NCBI GenBank assembly: GCA_043228905.1
Contig: JBHGNT010000717.1
Span: 1 to 16,832 of the forward strand
Length of the DNA: 16,832 bases
Direction of reading: 5' to 3'
From: Azolla caroliniana
Taxonomy: Eukaryota; Plantae; Polypodiophyta
Both the position numbers and the translations under genes were made by a program. A model generated the notes under the pieces. It searched no databases and was not told where the DNA came from. It worked only from the letters and a program-made list of their open reading frames with translations. Within the stretch, counting starts at the first letter, position 1. Each line of letters opens with the position of its first letter. This document shows positions 1 to 11,600 of this stretch, one piece after another.

Positions 1-43
1 ATTTAGGGTTTGAGAAATCGATTTAAGCAGCTTCTGAGAGACG

Positions 44-293
44 TTCAGATGGCTTGATTGTATCAGTATGGTGTGAACACTACTGGAGTAATCAATTAAT
101 TGTAGTATCGACTTATGAAATATAGCACTTCTGGGCTAAAATCTATTGTACTATAGATGCGGTTGGTGCTTAGTCAAAATCACCCATCTTCAAATGTTTT
201 GATTGTAGTGTGAACACTACTGGAATCAATCAGATGTATTATCATCTTAAGAAATATAGCACTTCTAGGCTCAAGTCTATTGTACTTTTGATG
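44..293. repeat. Diverged tandem duplication (about 110-bp core, 2 copies)
   Basis: gtgtgaacactactgga at 71 and 208; gaaatatagcacttct.ggct.aa.tctattgtact at about 117 and 251. Confidence 0.85.
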
Positions 294-1079
294 GGTACTC
301 TTTGTAACATTATATTGCAACCCCCCCTACATCAGTTGAAATTTAGTTTATGCATGAGATTGCAGGGCTGTGGTTACGTAAGGGTTTGAACATGGACAAT
401 GTGAACAAAGCTTTTTAGAAGTATAACAAAATAACCAAAGATTTGGAGGCTGACAGTGACTACTGTGTTGATGAATGTTCTGATCAGTGAAGTAGAATAT
501 GAATGTTTTGATTATTGTACAATAGCACCATGATCAATAGCTAATGTAATATTATTGATAGTGATGCAAATAGCAAAAATGACTGACAAAGCACTATATT
601 TCTCAACTGATAAAAAACATTATTATTGTTGTAATGAACTTATGCACAAGCAATGTAATGAAAAGATATGAGTGTCTCTTGTAAAGAATCAATATATTGT
701 TCAAGAATTGAAAATGACTAGTTTTTTTTTCCAAAAAACGAAAATAACTAGTTGTGTCAGTTACGAAGATTACTTGAAAATGGGTTGGAAGGACTGATAT
801 TTGGCAGCAAGCTATTGTTTGAATGAAAATGTTTGACAATGGCTTACACTATTAATATCTGAGACTGGACAATTTTTTCGAATGAATGAAGCAGGGGTGG
901 TGAGGAAAAGGAGCGATATCCTTTCTCATCTCATACAAGCAAACATTGGTGGTGTAGAAACTGGTCAGATCCCTAAACCTATTGATTATTGATCATATAG
1001 CCACAAAGAAACAAATGATTCTAACACCAAACCTACTGCAAAATAAATTTCGGGATTACGAACTAAAACCTTATTGGCA

Positions 1080-3972
1080 ATGAATAAGCTTACGCTCACA
1101 ACAGGGTTTACGAACCCTGCTTTCCTCCGATTCCCTAGCAATGGTGTGCGATTCCGTCTGTGGCGGTTCTCTTCTTCTTCGTTAACGTCTTCGTCGTCTT
1201 CATCATCATCATCAACACCACCAGCTTTGCTAGGGTTTGATGGCGTGGTACAGGAACAGGGAAACAGGATGAGGCTTGATTCATGGCTTTCTTTGCAGCT
1301 TCCCGATCACATAAGCAGAGCTCGAGTTCAAAATAGTATTCGATCCGGATTGGCTTATGTTAATGATCAGTTAGTGAATAAGGTAGATATTTGGCCATTC
1401 ATATTGATGTGCGGTTCAAACATCCATTTCATTCTAGGTTTCTTTTTGCTCATTTTGTTGATTTTATTATGTGAAGAGAACCCATTGGAATTCTATTTGT
1501 TCTCTTATTTTTCTTTAATCAGCTACAGAATTGCATTATGTTTACCGGAATATTTGTCTTTAATCAGCTACAGAAATGCATTATGTTTACCGAAATATTT
1601 TTCTTTAATCAGCTACAGAGACGCATTATGTTTACTGGGATATTTTTCTCTAATCAGCTACAGAAATGCATTATGTTTACTGGGATATTTTTCTCTAATC
1701 AGCTACAGACATGCATTATGCTCATCTTGTTGTGATAAAGACATTCATATTTATGTTGGTTTTCGTTTATTTTAAATGTTCTGTTTTAAAGCTCTAATTT
1801 CTACATTTCTGAGACACTACATGATGGTTATAGGTTTCACATTCTGTGCGCTCCGGTGATCATGTGAAATGTGCAATTGCTGCATTGGTTCCCTTGAAAG
1901 CTGACCCTGAGAATATTCCACTGGACATTGTATTCGAGGATGATTATGTAATTGTTGTCAACAAGCCAGCGGATATGGTTAGTGGCTATATTCAATTTAA
2001 AAATGTAAATTGTACTTGACTGATCAAGAAGAAAAAGATGAGGCTTGGGCATGAATCAAAAACCTCCAGATTTACTTTATTTATTTTTGCCAAGTTTCAG
2101 GTAACGCACCCTGCGCCAGGAAATTGGAATGGCACACTTGTTAATGCTCTTTTACATCATTGTGATCTTCCAGTGATGAAGAACTTATCGAAACAGGCGG
2201 ATGGTGAAATGCCTACTGCGAATGTCCAGGATGAAAGTGATGCTAGTGATGATGAAGAAGTTGAAGGATTCGAAGACTCAGATCCACTAGCTGGCATAAA
2301 TGAAGGGCCTTCTCTTGCAGTGAGGCCTGGAATTGTGCATAGATTGGACAAAGGCACAAGTGGATTGCTTGTAATTGCCAAGGTATTTTTGACTTAGGAA
2401 AAATGCAATACCAACATTCTCGAGTGACTGGTTTATTCAAATTTCTATTTTACTATATGGTTTTCAGGATGAACATGCACATGAACATCTCTCCAAGCAG
2501 TTTAAGGACCGGAGTATTAAGAGATCCTATTTGAGTTTGACATGTGGTGTGCCGAGTAATAAAGAAGGTTGTGTTGATGCTGCCATTGGACGAGATGTCA
2601 ACAATCGAACACGAATGACTGTTATAAAAAACAACAGTACTAACAGGAAATCGCGTGTTGCAATTAGCAAGTAAGACCTTGTCGTGACTTGAAAGAATGC
2701 GTTTCTAAACCATTGGCACATTATAGTTTATCCGTAATGAGATATTCTAGGAGCAAACCTATGGAATTTTTTCTATAGATTAAGCTCCTTTTCATCTTTA
2801 GCTTTATTGGTGGTTTACATGTTCTTAAGTTCCTCCTTGTTTATAAGGGGGGTTTACATTTTATTTTACTCTTGCCATTATCTCCTGTCACTATGTCCTG
2901 CCATAACGATTGCTTTCTCACATTGGAGATCTCTCCATTATGGATCAACCTATGCTAGAGATATTTTGAAGACAAAAGTTACAATATATTTATGTTGTTT
3001 ACTCAGTAACATTTATTTTATTTTCATTTGTTGTGAGAATCTTACATGTACTGATAATAAGATTCTTTAGTCTCTTTTTATCTTATTTACTTTTATGTTT
3101 ACTTAGTAACATTGTTTTTTTTATTTGCTGTTCTCAAAGACGAGACAATACCTAAGATGTAATCTCTTGTTTGGTTCTATAGGCCATTTTGGTCATTTTG
3201 TATTGTCTCTTAAGCTGATTTTGGCCTCTTTCTTCCTCACTTCTAATGTTAATGGACAACACGAAGTATTTTTGTTCTTGAGAAGCTTGCAAGGTGATAC
3301 ATTATAATTGCTTCATAGGCTTTTGGATTTTTGAATTTGCAGCTATAAAGTAATCCAAGTGCTAGCGAATGGGGGCTCCGCATTGGTTGAATGGAGACTT
3401 CAAACAGGGAGAACTCATCAGGTAATATAAATATCATGGTGATATTCTGGCTTGATTAAGTTGTCTATTTCCACAATTGACAAGCCAAAGAATGTTCAGG
3501 GGATTTTGGAAGTTTTGTAGGCTTTACTTAATTTTTGTTTTTGGAAGCTTTTTCTTGTATCTGATCTGATGAGAAACAATAAAATTTCAGATTAGAGTTC
3601 ATGCCCAGCATCTTGGCCATCCATTGCTTGGTGATGAACTGTATGGTGGTACAAAAGGAGCTGCCTTGTCTTCTATCCTACCAAAAATTTCATTATCCAA
3701 TCATGGAAATATCAGAAAACTAATGGGTGATTTGCAGAGACCATATCTGCATGCCACCAGCTTAGGGTATTTGAACTTTAATTTACTCTAAAATTTTATG
3801 GTAAAATAATGGGAAAATTTATGGTAAAATAAGTGATGCACAAATGGACTGAATTATAACTTGTCAACAATGTAGGTTCATACATCCCCGGAGTTGCAAA
3901 GAGTTGCATTTCACGTGCCCATTACCAGCTGACTTTGAAGATCTTTGGGTGAAGCTTCAAAAGCTTCAATAA
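1080..3972 (+). CDS. RNA pseudouridine synthase, RluD/RluA family with S4-like domain (similar to plant 'RNA pseudouridine synthase 2, chloroplastic'); 7 exons, about 427 aa
   Basis: Exons 1080-1382, 1834-1977, 2101-2382, 2468-2670, 3343-3421, 3591-3766, 3876-3972. All introns are GT-AG, phases match, total 1284 nt ending in TAA. Spliced protein has S4-like [53 protein letters not shown], catalytic RPGIVHRLDKGTSGLLVIAK, LQTGRTHQIRVH, GHPLLGDELYG and LHATSLGFIHP. The Ser/Arg-rich N-terminus resembles a transit peptide (inference). Confidence 0.95.
1506..1720. repeat. 45-bp minisatellite, about 4.8 copies, in intron 1 of the pseudouridine synthase
   Basis: Unit approximately tatttttctttaatcagctacagaaatgcattatgtttacyggra, recurring every 45 bp (phase points 1511, 1556, 1601, 1646, 1691). 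Confidence 0.95.
2948..3192. repeat. Dispersed repeat copy A (probable non-autonomous TE fragment), pseudouridine synthase intron 4
   Basis: Matches 8925-9133 in the same orientation: tgctagagat..gaagacaaaagtta.aatatatt ... ttctcaaagacgagacaa.ac.t.agatgtaatc.cttgtttggt...aggccattttgg. Confidence 0.8.
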
Positions 3973-4642
3973 TGCACTCCATAAGTAATGATTGTAACAT
4001 CTAGCTAACGTTTTGCCAGACAGATGATCTCTCCCATCAACTTGAAGGTACTTCTGGCGTATTGGAAAATGGTTGTTGATCGATCAGATTGGATAAACCT
4101 TTCTCGAAAATTCATTGTATAGCCCTTGGTCAGTTTTGAGAAACAATAACTATTGTATCAATACTGATCCATCCTTGTGACCTCAACTACTTGAGATCGT
4201 TTTCAAGGAGAGTTAGTACTTTTTCCGAACTCATTGTTTACGTGCTTTAATTTGCAACCAAGCATTAAAAAGTAATGGAATAGATGGATTCGGCATCTCT
4301 CAATGCTTGTTTATGGCAACCCCCAAAAACAAAACTTGTGTTGTTTATTCCTTGAATTCAACCTCTGTAGAGCCCCAACATAAAAGCCTACCCATTTAGA
4401 AGTCAACAAGATTTCTATTCTATAGAAATCCAATTAATAGTGGCCAAGATAAACATTTGTAGGTCCAATGTTAACAAACTTGACCAACAAAGCACATTAA
4501 GTAAAGCTGATAAAAAAAGTTTAGCTTGATCTAGTATGTTTATTGTAAATGCAATTCCAAAACATATTACTAACTTGTTAATGAGTGTCTTCATGATGAC
4601 CTTATCCATTGTATTGTTGCAGCTCTTAGTTTACAAATGCCT

Positions 4643-5272
4643 TTATTTGACTTTCGCAACACTCCTAGAACCCCCCTCGTGTACATATAAGAAAATGACT
4701 TTTCGAAAAAAAATTATGTTGAGTCTTCCACTGTCATTGAAGGAAATATTCTTTTTTGAGTATCCAACACAAAACCACATTATTGAATTGGAATTTCCTT
4801 TTCCACGTTTGGGTTATTTCCCCCAACGTTATTTCTTTTCTTCATCTTTCCAACAACTGTTACGATCATCCAATGACAACCTCCAAACTATGCATCTACA
4901 TCGCAATATTATCCATTACTATTTCTTCCTGAATATTTTATATTTACACAATCTGGTCTAACCCTTTCCCAAAGAGATAAAATTGCGTCTTCCCAATTTT
5001 TTTGGCATTTCCTCACGAATTTTTTTTAGCTTTACTCTGCTCACCAACAATGTGCTCAAAGAACTGTCAAAAGTAAGTCGACAAGGGGCTGATGGTGGAA
5101 GCCATCAAATCAAAGGAAGAATATAATACGCAGAGATGCAGGAGGCAGACGGAAGCAACACAACGTCCTTACTAATGACTGAAGGTGCAAGGAGTCCACG
5201 AGGGAGATGGGATCACTTGCAGGATGACGACAAAGCAGAACAATAGAGGAGCAGCATAGATCCAGAGGCAAC
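4643..5272 (-). pseudogene. Decayed partial duplicate of DWF5 (3' part of exon 1 plus about 430 bp of intron 1)
   Basis: Colinear blocks match by eye: 4643-4700 with 13411-13470 (tatttgactt.gcaac.ctcc.agaaccc); 4772-4850 with 13506-13570 and 13292-13370; 5041-5120 with 13639-13715 (aggggctgat..gccatc.aatcaaaggaagaata); 5215-5270 with 13834-13895 (actt.caggatgac..agcat.gatcca.aggc). Translates as VASGSMLLLYCS, then frameshifted FVVIL, versus LAYGSMLGLLLSCPLFVVIL in the intact gene. Confidence 0.85.
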
Positions 5273-5680
5273 GATCATCCTTAATTTATTAAGTACTCCC
5301 AATGAAAGCATATGATCTCTTAAAACAAATAACTTGCTGATCACTGATAATGATAACATTTGGATATTCTGTTTCACAATGTCAACATGAAATTTAAGGG
5401 GAATGAACAAGGTAAATTCAGACTAAGAAAATTCATACTTTCGTAATCTATGTTTCAGTATTCATCATTTTACACATTTTAATTTCAATAAATTTGTACC
5501 AAAACAAGAAATTTCAATATTAAAAAGGAACAAAATCAGAAGTTCTCTCATACATGAAGTTATGAAGCACCTTGCAAATAAACCCAGCCTTCATAGGAAC
5601 GCAAGTTATAAATGTATCATCAGACTAGTTCAATCATTGTCGTTGGTTATTGAAAGTTTAGAGATAAACCAACGAGTTTG

Positions 5681-8600
5681 CTAATATACCCATGGAATGA
5701 TTTTGTATGGAACTTTCTTACAGTACATAAGCCAATATTTTCCATACCTGCAGAATATTATAAAATTAGTGGGGTTAAAGGAGCAAAAAGTACAAGCACC
5801 TAGGGACTCCCAACATAGAGAAGAAACATTACTTTGTTTTACAACGATAGTCGTCTCTCTTTGAACGATCGAAGAGGAGGATAGTCAGAAAGACAACGTA
5901 GAAGTAAGGCAAGAACTGTTAAATACGAAAAGAAGTTAGCAGCTTTTATGTAACTAACTCAAGAAATATAGCTCGAAGTCTGCAAATATCTGGTTAGATT
6001 TGTACATGAGAGAACAATGCAGGTACACTCCAGAAAAAAGCTGCTAGTATCTCCCACACATAATGAAAATGTCGGGACATACCCCACCTGCAAAGAAACT
6101 TTCAATTAGCAAAATACATGGCAAAGACTCTGATTATACATCAAAGTTGCGATATATACCAGCCAGAACATAAAAGCAAGCTTGATTTAGTTTCTCCGGT
6201 CTCTGTAATATAAGTTGCTTCAATCTGCAGTTCTTTCCATATTGTGTTAGCGATCTGACTATAGAATATGCCTATCCAAACCATCCCCAGGTTTCGTTCT
6301 AACTAAATGCTTTAGTATAATGATATTAACCAACCCTAACAAATAACTTATATCAGAATCAAACCTTTAAGAAATTTTGAACCTTTTATATGCAAAACCA
6401 CATGAGTATTAAAATTTAATGATACCATATATCACTAAAGTCCATGTTCATTCATTCATCATAGCAATGTAACAAGTGAGAATATATGAAGTCTATCAAT
6501 TAAGGATGCAGTACATACCAGCATATTAACATCATCCACCATAGCATATGCATGAACATTGCATATATAGAACACTTGGCATTTGAGATGCATCAAAATG
6601 AACTTAATCATCATGGTATGTATGCACAGTAAAAACAGCAAAGGCTCTCAATTTACTATTGCAATGGCATATTAAATCGTATATCTTCTTAGATGCTGCA
6701 AATGATGCTGAGTTTTTCGCCAGCTTCTCCCTAAAAGAAACCTTACTGCTGGGCATAGTATGCTTCCAAAAAATTTATACATATATGATAAGTATAACTT
6801 CTCAGTATATACATGAAGCTTTGGAGAAAGGATAAGAGAATACTAATATGGATTCCTTGACTTACGTGAAGCAGAAATGAGAGATAGGGAAGCAATTTGT
6901 CCTCACAAACATGATGCTGAGTTTTTCACAAGCTTCTCCCTAAATGAAACCTTACTGCTGGGCACAGTATGCTTCCAAAAAATTTATACATATATGATAA
7001 GTATAACTTCTCAGTATATACCTGAAGCTTTGGAGAAAGGATAAGAGAATACTAATATGGATTCCTAGACTTCCATGAAGCAGAAAAGAGAGATGGGGAA
7101 GCAATTTGTCCTCACAAACCTTAGAAGCTGGCTTCCCCCAAATTATACATTTTCCATTCTTCTCGCGGAAGTGTTGCCTTTGTCTATCACAATCATAGTT
7201 AATGTAAATACAAAGCAACCCTGCCAATAATATACCGAGTGCCATCTGAAAACCACACACATAGTTAATACAAAATTTTAACAGCAAAAATGTCTTTGCA
7301 AACATATATATTGGCAGAGAAATGAGAATACAATTGAACAACATGTAACGAAGGTACATATTCCATGAACTTAATATCAGACGGTCAATACCTGAGGACC
7401 CAGATTGACAGGATGGTTCACGAGGTACATCCCTGGTGATGTGTAAACAGATGGAACCCACACTAGACAACCCCAGCAGATATAAAATCCAGCTGCAACA
7501 AATAATAAAAATTTGTCAAGAACCGAGGCAAAGACGTCTTGTTACTTATGGATTCTCAAGATTGAATACCAGCATAAGTGTATGGAAAAATGTTTCAAGC
7601 ATGGTTTGCAATCCCAAGGGTAAAAAATCTTATCTTCTTAGTACAGTTATTGTCTTTGATGATATGTTTTCATGTGCTTCAATTTCATGATCATTTCTAC
7701 TAAGGAATACAAGTTAATTTAGGTGTCAAAGAATGAGTTTAGTGTAAATAGGATAGTGTCCATTGCTTTGTGGAAGATCATTTCAAAGTCAGCATTATAT
7801 ACCTCGATCATGTGCAATATCCATCGTGTTCCAATAACCTGCTTCCCACCAGAAAAACTTCGTAATGTAGACCAACATCAGGGCAGTATTCACGATCAAT
7901 GAATCAGCCACTGTTCCTGTTGCCTCATACTACAATCAAAACCAGTTGATCTCAACGTTTTTGTATCACTTGGGTATTGCAAAATTATAATTGGATTCCC
8001 ACATCTCTGTAATAGTAAACTTGAAAAAACAAATCTTCTAGATTTCAATGGCATAACATGAGTATCAGATACTCAATTTCTTAAACTGAATAAACCTAGA
8101 TCCTTAACATCTCATCTTGTTTCATATGACTGCATACTAACATCCGAAGCTTGGTTTTATCTATTGGTAATAAACAAGAAACAACAATGTACATGAGTCA
8201 AAATATGTGATTGAAGCACATGGGAAGCAGTGAAATGTCCTAATAATGATCTGAATACATGCAGATAGACCTACCCGAATGATACAACAGACACTGAAGA
8301 ACTCCAGACAGCGCTTACAACTTTCATCATACTGTACACACCCCTCCCACCCACCTTTTCTCATAACAATTTATACTGGAAGCAATAAGAACAAGCTGCG
8401 GTATAAAACAGTTTGGCATTGTCCAAGCAAAACTGGTTAAGGCTTAACTGGTTTGGAGGAGTTCAAACTTTAACCAAGCCCAACCAAGTGCAACACTAAA
8501 CCAATTAAGCCGAACTAAACTTTAAACCGGTTAAGCCAAACTGAACCAAACCAAACCCTGAACCAGTTACTGATTTTTTGGTCGTAGTTTTTGCTCCTTT

Positions 8601-11600
8601 TTTACCTGTCTCAGTTTTAGGACACCGGGGATGTGATACCTCTAGAAGAAGGAATTTGCCAACTGTGTGATCAAGGAGTGGAATCCGAGACCAGTGTTTG
8701 TTACTATAGTATCTTTTATGAAATAAGACGGAGATACAATTGCCTCTTTAAACAAGGCTTAGGCCATGTAATATGAGGACCAAATGCTACAAATTAATCA
8801 ATGGATACATAAATGGGCTCCCGACCAAGACATAACAATGGGGTTACAATAGATCAGACAATAGCAATTTGTTGTGCACGTAGGCCCCGCCCCCACGGAC
8901 CACAACCTCAGCCCACTTGTATCGACCTGTGCTAGAGATCTATCGAAGACAAAAGTTATAATATATTGAACTTGAGAATCTCAGATGTGCTGAAACCAGA
9001 TTCTTTTGTCTCTTTTTATATCATTTATTTTTATATTTACTTCGTAATATTTATTTTATTTTGATTTGTTGTTCTCAAAGACGAGACAACACTTGAGATG
9101 TAATCCCTTGTTTGGTCTTACAGGCCATTTTGGCCTCTTAAAAGACGTTATTATATCATTAATAATTCTTTTTTTTCCATAAATCTTTGTTTGTTATTAA
9201 AACAATATGATAATACAACCCTTGCTCTCTTCAATACTTTGTTAGATGCAAGGTGGTAGTCTCATCTTCCATTTCGTGCAAAGGTGTTTCTTTGGCATGC
9301 AATAGTTGGTGGGTTGCCTTTGACGAAGATACCCAATATACGTTCATTACATGTCTTGTTGCTAAAGCCATTTGGGTGGTTATATCACAAATTTGGGCAT
9401 CAATAACAAGAAGTATTTTGTCACCTTTTAAGTGGGTTTTTATTGATGAAGATAAAGCTATACCCGCACCATCATATAAGGTCATGTTTGACTACCTTAG
9501 GTATTGGGGGGTGTGGTTTAATTGGACCATGAGAAATGGGTTCTTGTATGATAGACTTCATGGGGTAACACAATAACTCGGTAGGATGAACAGGAAGTTG
9601 ATTTGGCAAGTTTCACAACTATGTCATATGGGGACGTTGTCCAAAGATGAGGTAGAGTTATGTCATCTCGTATTACAACACTTGAGAGGGTTTCCCTTGC
9701 CGTATCACTACTATCGTTTAATCTCTCTCTCTCCATAATTTCCAAATTGAAATTGAGTATCATCCCAACAACTTGAGATTGAAAATGTTCATGCTAATGG
9801 AGTTCCCAAAGAGGAATGGATATTTAGATTATGTCACATAGAGATAGAGGATGGGTATCATTTTACACACTTCGAGATAAGAGAAAAAAATACAAAGACA
9901 CACTTGGACCCTCTCCCACCCTCTCCCAATTATTGGATACCGCGAACAGAATGACACTATGTAGGTGTATCTTAAACGGCATAGATAGAGTAAGCTTTCT
10001 AATATTCACCAGCACATAACCACTGAATTCTTTAAGGGACGGGGGGGATGATAAACGTGGACACACCTGTACCCCCCAAACTCTCCCTCGCTGAAGTAGA
10101 AAACCAAAGAGCAACCAAACGATGAATGCAGGGCTTTAAAGTCACTCTTTGTCGTGCAAAAGGCATTAAGAAGATAAGGCTACATAAATTACCCCACTTA
10201 GAAGCCATGGTCCGGATAACATCTACATCGAGATCACAGCCTCATCGAAACCCTTCAACCCCCACTACTTTTCAAGGGACTTGCATGGAAATGAAACTAG
10301 TCTCAGCACATAGCCATTCCTTTATACAACGTACCCATAACAATTTTGCACCACGCTAAAACCTATTTATTTATGTTTTCTTTTTCAATGATTGGGTACA
10401 CATTCCATTTTTGTAATCATTTCTCATGCGCTAAATTTGGTCTTAGAAGACGTTAATATATCTTTCTTTCTTTCTTTTCTTCTCTCTCTCCCTCTCTGGC
10501 CATAATCTATTCACATATAACAGGAAGCGTTGCGAAAGTCCATGCAGGAACTGAACCAATGTGATTTTACCCTGACATCGGTATTCTGGCTTGTGGAGAA
10601 GAGATGAACTGCGACCTTCTTCAACCAAGCGCCTAACCAAAATTCAAATGTTGCACTGATGCCCACGAGTGATCACGTTAAACAAGAGATGAGAAAAATA
10701 TGTCGTCTAACCTCAGCCAAAAGATAGAGCAGCTTTGCCAATTAACCATAAGATATATAAGCAATCTTTTATTTATCTGAACCTGCTTAAAGCAATACGT
10801 GACAGCCAACACAGCCCAGGCCATCATCCCGAATCTGCAATTGGTAAAAACCTTGATATCAAAGTGCTTCCCAATTCGAGGATAAAGCTCCATACCCTGC
10901 AGATCATAAAGCATTTTAGATAGAAAAGCAATTCAGGATTGACAAAATGTGGCTAGGCCGATCCATGGACCGTGATAATGTAGTTCGACATATTCTTTCA
11001 CACAGTTGCATCAAGATGCATGGATGGAAATGGCAGCATAATATATTAATGTGGTTGCAGAAGTCAATTACCCAGTAGAAGTCAATGATTGGATCACCGG
11101 CGGATCCAGAATCTGTAGATGAAGGTGCAATATGACCCTACAAATTTCAACAAGAGGCATACAAATGGTTATAAACTTAACTTTAAGCCAGGCTCTTATT
11201 TTGCAATCCAGTAAATGAAGAGACAAAGGTGTTTCTCGCCTTGATATATAGAAGGATACAAAAGATGATGCTTCCCACTATGAGTGCTGAGAAAATCTCT
11301 CCCAAGTGATCATATACAAGCGCGGGGTTAAACACTCCAAGTCTTAAAAAACCACATGCAAAAAACGTTTCATTATGAATAAACAATATGAAAAGCTCCA
11401 CTTCGATCAAATCAAGTTAATATTATTCAAGGAATATGGTTACACCTCCAAATCAACACATAGACCACAAGTGTGCAGATATAAGCAGCAAAACCATTAT
11501 CCTGCATAAAGTCATTTACACATTCATGAATGGAAAAGAAAAGAGAGTTAAGAAGCAAAGAATATCTTATGTTGCATGTCTTACTTTGTATACTGGACGG

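Noticed and set aside
4-11. Telo-box / telomere-like TAGGGTTT
   Set aside because: A single short match more than 1 kb from the ATG; it cannot be told from chance and is not a telomeric array.
1074-1079. ORF-track start at 1074
   Set aside because: It is a TTG; the first in-frame ATG is at 1080.
1506-1720. CRISPR-like array
   Set aside because: The units are contiguous with no unique spacers, there are no cas genes, and the context is a eukaryotic intron. It is a minisatellite.
2170-2320. Acidic insertion (DESDASDDEEVEGFEDSD) before the catalytic HRLD motif
   Set aside because: As I recall, plant orthologs of this pseudouridine synthase carry a similar variable acidic loop, so I do not treat it as novel.
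4415-4961. ORFs 4536-4961 (+) and 4415-4609 (-)
   Set aside because: AT-rich composition with no motifs; the longer ORF overlaps sequence explained as duplicated DWF5 intron 1.
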